DNA of 64,000 bases from Deltaproteobacteria bacterium (lineage in GTDB: Bacteria > Desulfobacterota_D > UBA1144 > Nemesobacterales > CSP1-2), in contig JBQTHB010000006.1 of the NCBI GenBank assembly GCA_052390235.1, positions 192,001 to 256,000 of the forward strand, in the 5' to 3' direction. This document shows, one piece after another, positions 60,606 to 64,000 of this stretch. Made by a program: the position numbers and the translations under genes. Every line of letters starts with the position of its first letter. Position 1 is the stretch's first letter. Below the pieces are notes generated by a model. It made no database searches, had not been told where the DNA came from, and saw nothing but the letters and a program-made list of their open reading frames with translations.

Positions 60606-61613
60606 ATGAAAACCTCGGATTTCGACTACCCGCTTCCCGAAAATCTCATCGCCTCATACCCGCTTCCAGGCAGAGACGCATCTAGGCTGCTGCGCTTGGA
60701 CAGGTACAGCGGCAACATCGCCCATCTCGGATTCCGAGACCTTCCCGCGCTTCTCGTCGAAGGCGACCTCCTCGTGCTGAATGATACGAAAGTGATACCG
60801 GCGAGGCTCATGGGCAAATCCAGAGGATACGGCAGATTCGAGGTTTTACTACTAGAGAAGCTCTCGCCGACGCTCTGGAAGAGCATGATGCGAAACCCTA
60901 AGCACGGGGCGGCGGTGGAATTTCAATCTGGAATGAGGGGGAGAATTATCAAAAACGGGAGAGAGGGCTGGCTCTTTGAATTCGAGCGCGCGGCTGAGGA
61001 ATACATCGAGCAGTTCGGGAGTATGCCTCTTCCGCCCTACATCAGGCGGGACGCTGAGGAGGCTGATAGGCAGAATTATCAGACCGTTTATGCGAGGCAG
61101 GACGGCTCAGCCGCCGCGCCGACAGCGGGGCTGCATTTTACCGAAAACCTGCTTGGGCGGATTAGACAAAAGGGCGTGGATTTGTGCTTCGTTACGCTCC
61201 ACGTCGGGGCGGGAACTTTTCAGCCCGTAAAAAGCGAAGAGATAGAGAAACATAAAATGCACTCGGAGTGGAGAGAAATCGGCGCTGACGCGGCGGCGGC
61301 GATAAACAGCGCGAAACGCGATGGAAGAAGGGTCATAGCCGTAGGCACGACAGCCGTGAGAACTATTGAGTCGGCGGCGGCGGGCGAGGGGGAGATTCAG
61401 CCTGCTTTGGGCTATACGGATATTTTTATCACTCCCGGATTTAATTTCCGCATCGTGGACGGGATGATAACGAATTTTCACACTCCGCGTTCGACGCTTC
61501 TGATGCTGGTTTCGGCTTTTGCAGGTCGCGAGAGGATACTGCGCGCCTACGATGCCGCAGTCGGAGAGGGATACAGATTCCTAAGCTACGGCGACGCCAT
61601 GATAATCCTCTAA
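60606..61613 (+). CDS. queA: S-adenosylmethionine:tRNA ribosyltransferase-isomerase
   Basis: PLPPYI, YQTVYA, AAPTAGLHF, TNFHTPRSTLL, SYGDAM. Confidence 0.97.
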   Translation: MKTSDFDYPLPENLIASYPLPGRDASRLLRLDRYSGNIAHLGFRDLPALLVEGDLLVLNDTKVIPARLMGKSRGYGRFEVLLLEKLSPTLWKSMMRNPKHGAAVEFQSGMRGRIIKNGREGWLFEFERAAEEYIEQFGSMPLPPYIRRDAEEADRQNYQTVYARQDGSAAAPTAGLHFTENLLGRIRQKGVDLCFVTLHVGAGTFQPVKSEEIEKHKMHSEWREIGADAAAAINSAKRDGRRVIAVGTTAVRTIESAAAGEGEIQPALGYTDIFITPGFNFRIVDGMITNFHTPRSTLLMLVSAFAGRERILRAYDAAVGEGYRFLSYGDAMIIL

Positions 61614-61618
61614 AGGGT

Positions 61619-61831
61619 TTACTTCGAGAATAAGAGCTGTTTTATCCCCTTGAATAGGGAAAATGATTCGTTATGACGGCTTGCAGAGTCCGACTCTTGA
61701 ACCCTAATTGACGATAAATAAAGCCCCATCTGCTGAATTTTCCTCTTGGCATCAACCTCGGTCCACGCCTTAACAGTGGCGTTTTTTTTTCTTCCCGATG
61801 CGTTCAGGGCCTCAAATTCATAGGTTTTCAT
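61619..61831 (-). CDS. 70-aa protein resembling the N-terminal domain of PilC/GspF
   Basis: MKTYEFEALNASGRKKNATVKAWTEVDAKRKIQQMGLYLSSIR. GGAGG SD and an upstream sigma54 promoter. No TMs. Confidence 0.7.
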   Translation of the reverse strand: MKTYEFEALNASGRKKNATVKAWTEVDAKRKIQQMGLYLSSIRVQESDSASRHNESFSLFKGIKQLLFSK

Positions 61832-61884
61832 TATCTCTCGCGCCTCCAAAATAACCGGTTGATTGATGATTCAGTTATTGAATC

Positions 61885-61899
61885 GCAAGATGTGTGCCA
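61885..61899 (-). promoter_or_regulatory. sigma54 -24/-12 promoter
   Basis: TGGCACACATCTTGC (GG-N10-GC), near-perfect consensus. Confidence 0.75.
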
Positions 61900-62137
61900 C
61901 GAGGCGAGATTTTATATTTCAGCTATAACTCATCTAAACCACTACAGAAATTGGCAAAGCAGAGTAAAGGTGAATTATCTGGGCAGACGGTTTAGCGCAA
62001 GATTGCCATAGAAAATTGCCAAATTTTGGGATAACTTGAAATTTATCGCCGAGATGAATTCAAAACCACAAGGCGGCTTTTCAGCAATCGCGCCGCCGAA
62101 GAAGATGCCAACCCAAATAAATCACAGACGGCGTAAA

Positions 62138-63652
62138 TTACCGACTACACTCAAACGCCTCAAAACAGTCCGGGTCGTTGCAATCTATAAGTCCGTCGCC
62201 GTCGTTATCGAAATTGTCGGAGCAGGTTGACTCCGTGGGTTCGCATCCCGTGGAAAGGGCGCAGTCCGGGTCGGCGCAGTCGAGAAAACCGTCGCCGTCG
62301 TTATCAATGCCGTCAGCGCAGCCGGGTATTTCCACCGCGGGCGTCGGCGTAGGTGTTGGAGTAGGAGTAGGCGTAGGTGTTGGAGTAGGCGTTGGTGTGG
62401 GCGTTGGTGTCGGAGTTAGACAAATCCCGCCGGTGCATATCCCCGCTATTCCATGAAGTACACACATCTGTCCATCACAGTCGGAATCAGCGCAGTCGGT
62501 AAATTCATCCGAGTCGTTATCAGCCGAATCACTACACTCCAGCCCCGTCTCAGTGCAAGCGGAAGAGCCAGCGCAATCGGAATCCGCGCAGTCGAGAAGC
62601 CCATCGCCGTCGTTATCAGCGCCGTCGCTGCAGGTTGCCTCTGGAATCTCGCAGACAGCGCCGCAGGGCCCCGTTTGCCCCTCGCAATCCGAATCCGCGC
62701 AGTCTATGAAATTATCGCCGTCGTTATCGGCGCCGTCGTTGCACGTTGCCTCTGGAATCTCGCACACCTGCCCGGCGTCTCCCATTTGCCCCTCGCAGCT
62801 AGAATCGGCGCAGTCCGCGAGATTATCGCCGTCATTGTCCATAGAATCGCTACAATCCGAGCCAGACTCGACGCAGGCGGGGGAGTTATTGCAGTCCGCA
62901 TCCTCGCAGTCAGCCGCGCCGTCGCCGTCGTCGTCAACTACATTTGAGCAGTTCTCGCCGGGAATCGGAGTAGGCGCAGGGGTAGGAGTAGCAGGTACGG
63001 GACTAGGGGTAGGCGTGGGAGTTACGACCGGAGGTTCTACTTCACACATCCCGTTTATGCAAATCCCAGAGTCGCCGCCGAGAACGCAAGCCATGCCATC
63101 GCAGTCTGCATCTTGGCAATCAACGGATTCGTCCGAGTCGTTGTCAATCCCGTCCACGCAGACCTGCTCGACCTCACTTGGCGGTTCAACCAGAACGCAT
63201 TGAATCGCTATGCTATTGCTAGCTCCGGGACTGACATTTACGTTAGCTCCCCCTCTGCAGACAATATCTCCGTTGGCATCAAAGGCTATAACGGTAATAA
63301 ACGACTGACCCTGCGGGACAAATATTCTACTGCTAATCGGAAAGTCAGAAACTTCTATGATTTCTTCGACCGTTTCCGAGCCAGATTGGCCTGAGATGAG
63401 AATAGACACTATGGAATCAAAATCCTGCCTGGATACGGCATCCTGAGGCGATTCCGAGGCTACGAGAGAGCATGAATTTCTATTGACCACGCTCAGAGAG
63501 ACTCTTAAAGAGCCGTCGTCGAATTCCTCATCCCCCGGCGACCCGCCGCATGAAAGGAAAAGAAAAATAGAAGCAACCAACAACATAGCCCTAGCCGCAA
63601 ATTTTCGTGTGTAGAACACAGAACCCCTGTAATTGTTTCTATATTGCGCCAA
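62138..63652 (-). CDS. Lipoprotein with eight CxDxxDNDxDxxxDCxDxDC repeats and Pro/Thr linkers
   Basis: Lipobox FLSC, beta-rich N-terminal domain, eight Asp/Cys repeats, (TP)n stretches. Confidence 0.85.
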   Translation of the reverse strand: MAQYRNNYRGSVFYTRKFAARAMLLVASIFLFLSCGGSPGDEEFDDGSLRVSLSVVNRNSCSLVASESPQDAVSRQDFDSIVSILISGQSGSETVEEIIEVSDFPISSRIFVPQGQSFITVIAFDANGDIVCRGGANVNVSPGASNSIAIQCVLVEPPSEVEQVCVDGIDNDSDESVDCQDADCDGMACVLGGDSGICINGMCEVEPPVVTPTPTPSPVPATPTPAPTPIPGENCSNVVDDDGDGAADCEDADCNNSPACVESGSDCSDSMDNDGDNLADCADSSCEGQMGDAGQVCEIPEATCNDGADNDGDNFIDCADSDCEGQTGPCGAVCEIPEATCSDGADNDGDGLLDCADSDCAGSSACTETGLECSDSADNDSDEFTDCADSDCDGQMCVLHGIAGICTGGICLTPTPTPTPTPTPTPTPTPTPTPTPTPAVEIPGCADGIDNDGDGFLDCADPDCALSTGCEPTESTCSDNFDNDGDGLIDCNDPDCFEAFECSR

Positions 63653-63701
63653 TATAAAGCCCCCTAACTAACAAGCCCTCAGCCGATATTGCAGGTCAGC
63701 A

Positions 63702-64000
63702 TCATGGAAGAAGACACACACCCTCGCTACATATTCCAGCCTGATCGTGAATCAAACACACTTCGCCATCGCAGTCAAAATCTTGGCAGTCGCTATTTCC
63801 ATCTCCGTCGTTATCGAAATTGTCATTGCAGGTTGACTCTGGGAATTCACAATTTGAGAATAACCCTCTGCAGTCCGGGTCGGCGCAGTCGTGTAATTGG
63901 TCTCCGTCATTATCCTGTCCGTCCAGACACTCGTCTCCGGTCTCGGTGCATCTGGGGTCGGAGGCGCAGTCGGAATCCTGACAGTCGAATTGGAAATCCC
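63702..64000 (-). CDS. C-terminal part of a second Cys/Asp-repeat protein (5' end beyond the window)
   Basis: Not in the ORF track. Manual translation gives ...DCQDSDC...CLDGQDNDGDQLHDCADPDC...CNDNFDNDGDGNSDCQDFDCDGEVCLIHDQAGICSEGVCLLP*. Confidence 0.85.
   Translation of the reverse strand, partial: DFQFDCQDSDCASDPRCTETGDECLDGQDNDGDQLHDCADPDCRGLFSNCEFPESTCNDNFDNDGDGNSDCQDFDCDGEVCLIHDQAGICSEGVCLLP

Noticed and set aside
62178..63203. Repeat-rich plus-strand ORFs (GVGV, SPSLS) and a possible CRISPR-like periodicity
   Set aside because: These are antisense readings of the Cys/Asp and TP protein repeats. There are no identical direct repeats with unique spacers and no cas genes.

Overview
A gene-dense bacterial core-genome window. 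I found no prophage, IS transposase, CRISPR array, rRNA or tRNA. Protein character suggests a deltaproteobacteria-like lineage such as Ca. Dadabacteria; this is inference and was not verified. Housekeeping content, in order: ppx/gppA, an EF-G paralog, rpoH-dnaK-rpmE, proS, fdhD-ydeP, polA, a Fur-family regulator with a CbiMQO-type ECF transporter, dispersed nuoF/nuoE, tldD/tldE, rpsU-dnaG-rpoD, bamD, ribBA-ribH-nusB-trpD-trpC, argC, gap-pgk-fbaB, cysC, tsaD, M23 peptidase plus bactofilin, coaBC, an RluA-family synthase plus pgeF, argG and queA. The most interesting non-standard signals are: (1) an exported lytic transglycosylase fused to a GspC/PilP-like HR domain, with a perfect 16-bp inverted repeat over its promoter; (2) two nearly identical sigma54 promoters driving two orphan small proteins, one resembling a stand-alone PilC/GspF N-terminal domain; (3) a candidate ~95-nt sRNA with a near-consensus promoter, tandem anti-Shine-Dalgarno CCUCC motifs and a terminator; (4) a DUF4384-DUF4384-CHASE2 adenylate cyclase operon with a gene-conversion-like tract; (5) several apparently leaderless genes; (6) dispersed heptamer repeats; (7) an orphan lycopene-elongase-like prenyltransferase; (8) tandem Cys/Asp-repeat surface proteins. 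All family assignments come from reading motifs by eye, without database searches.
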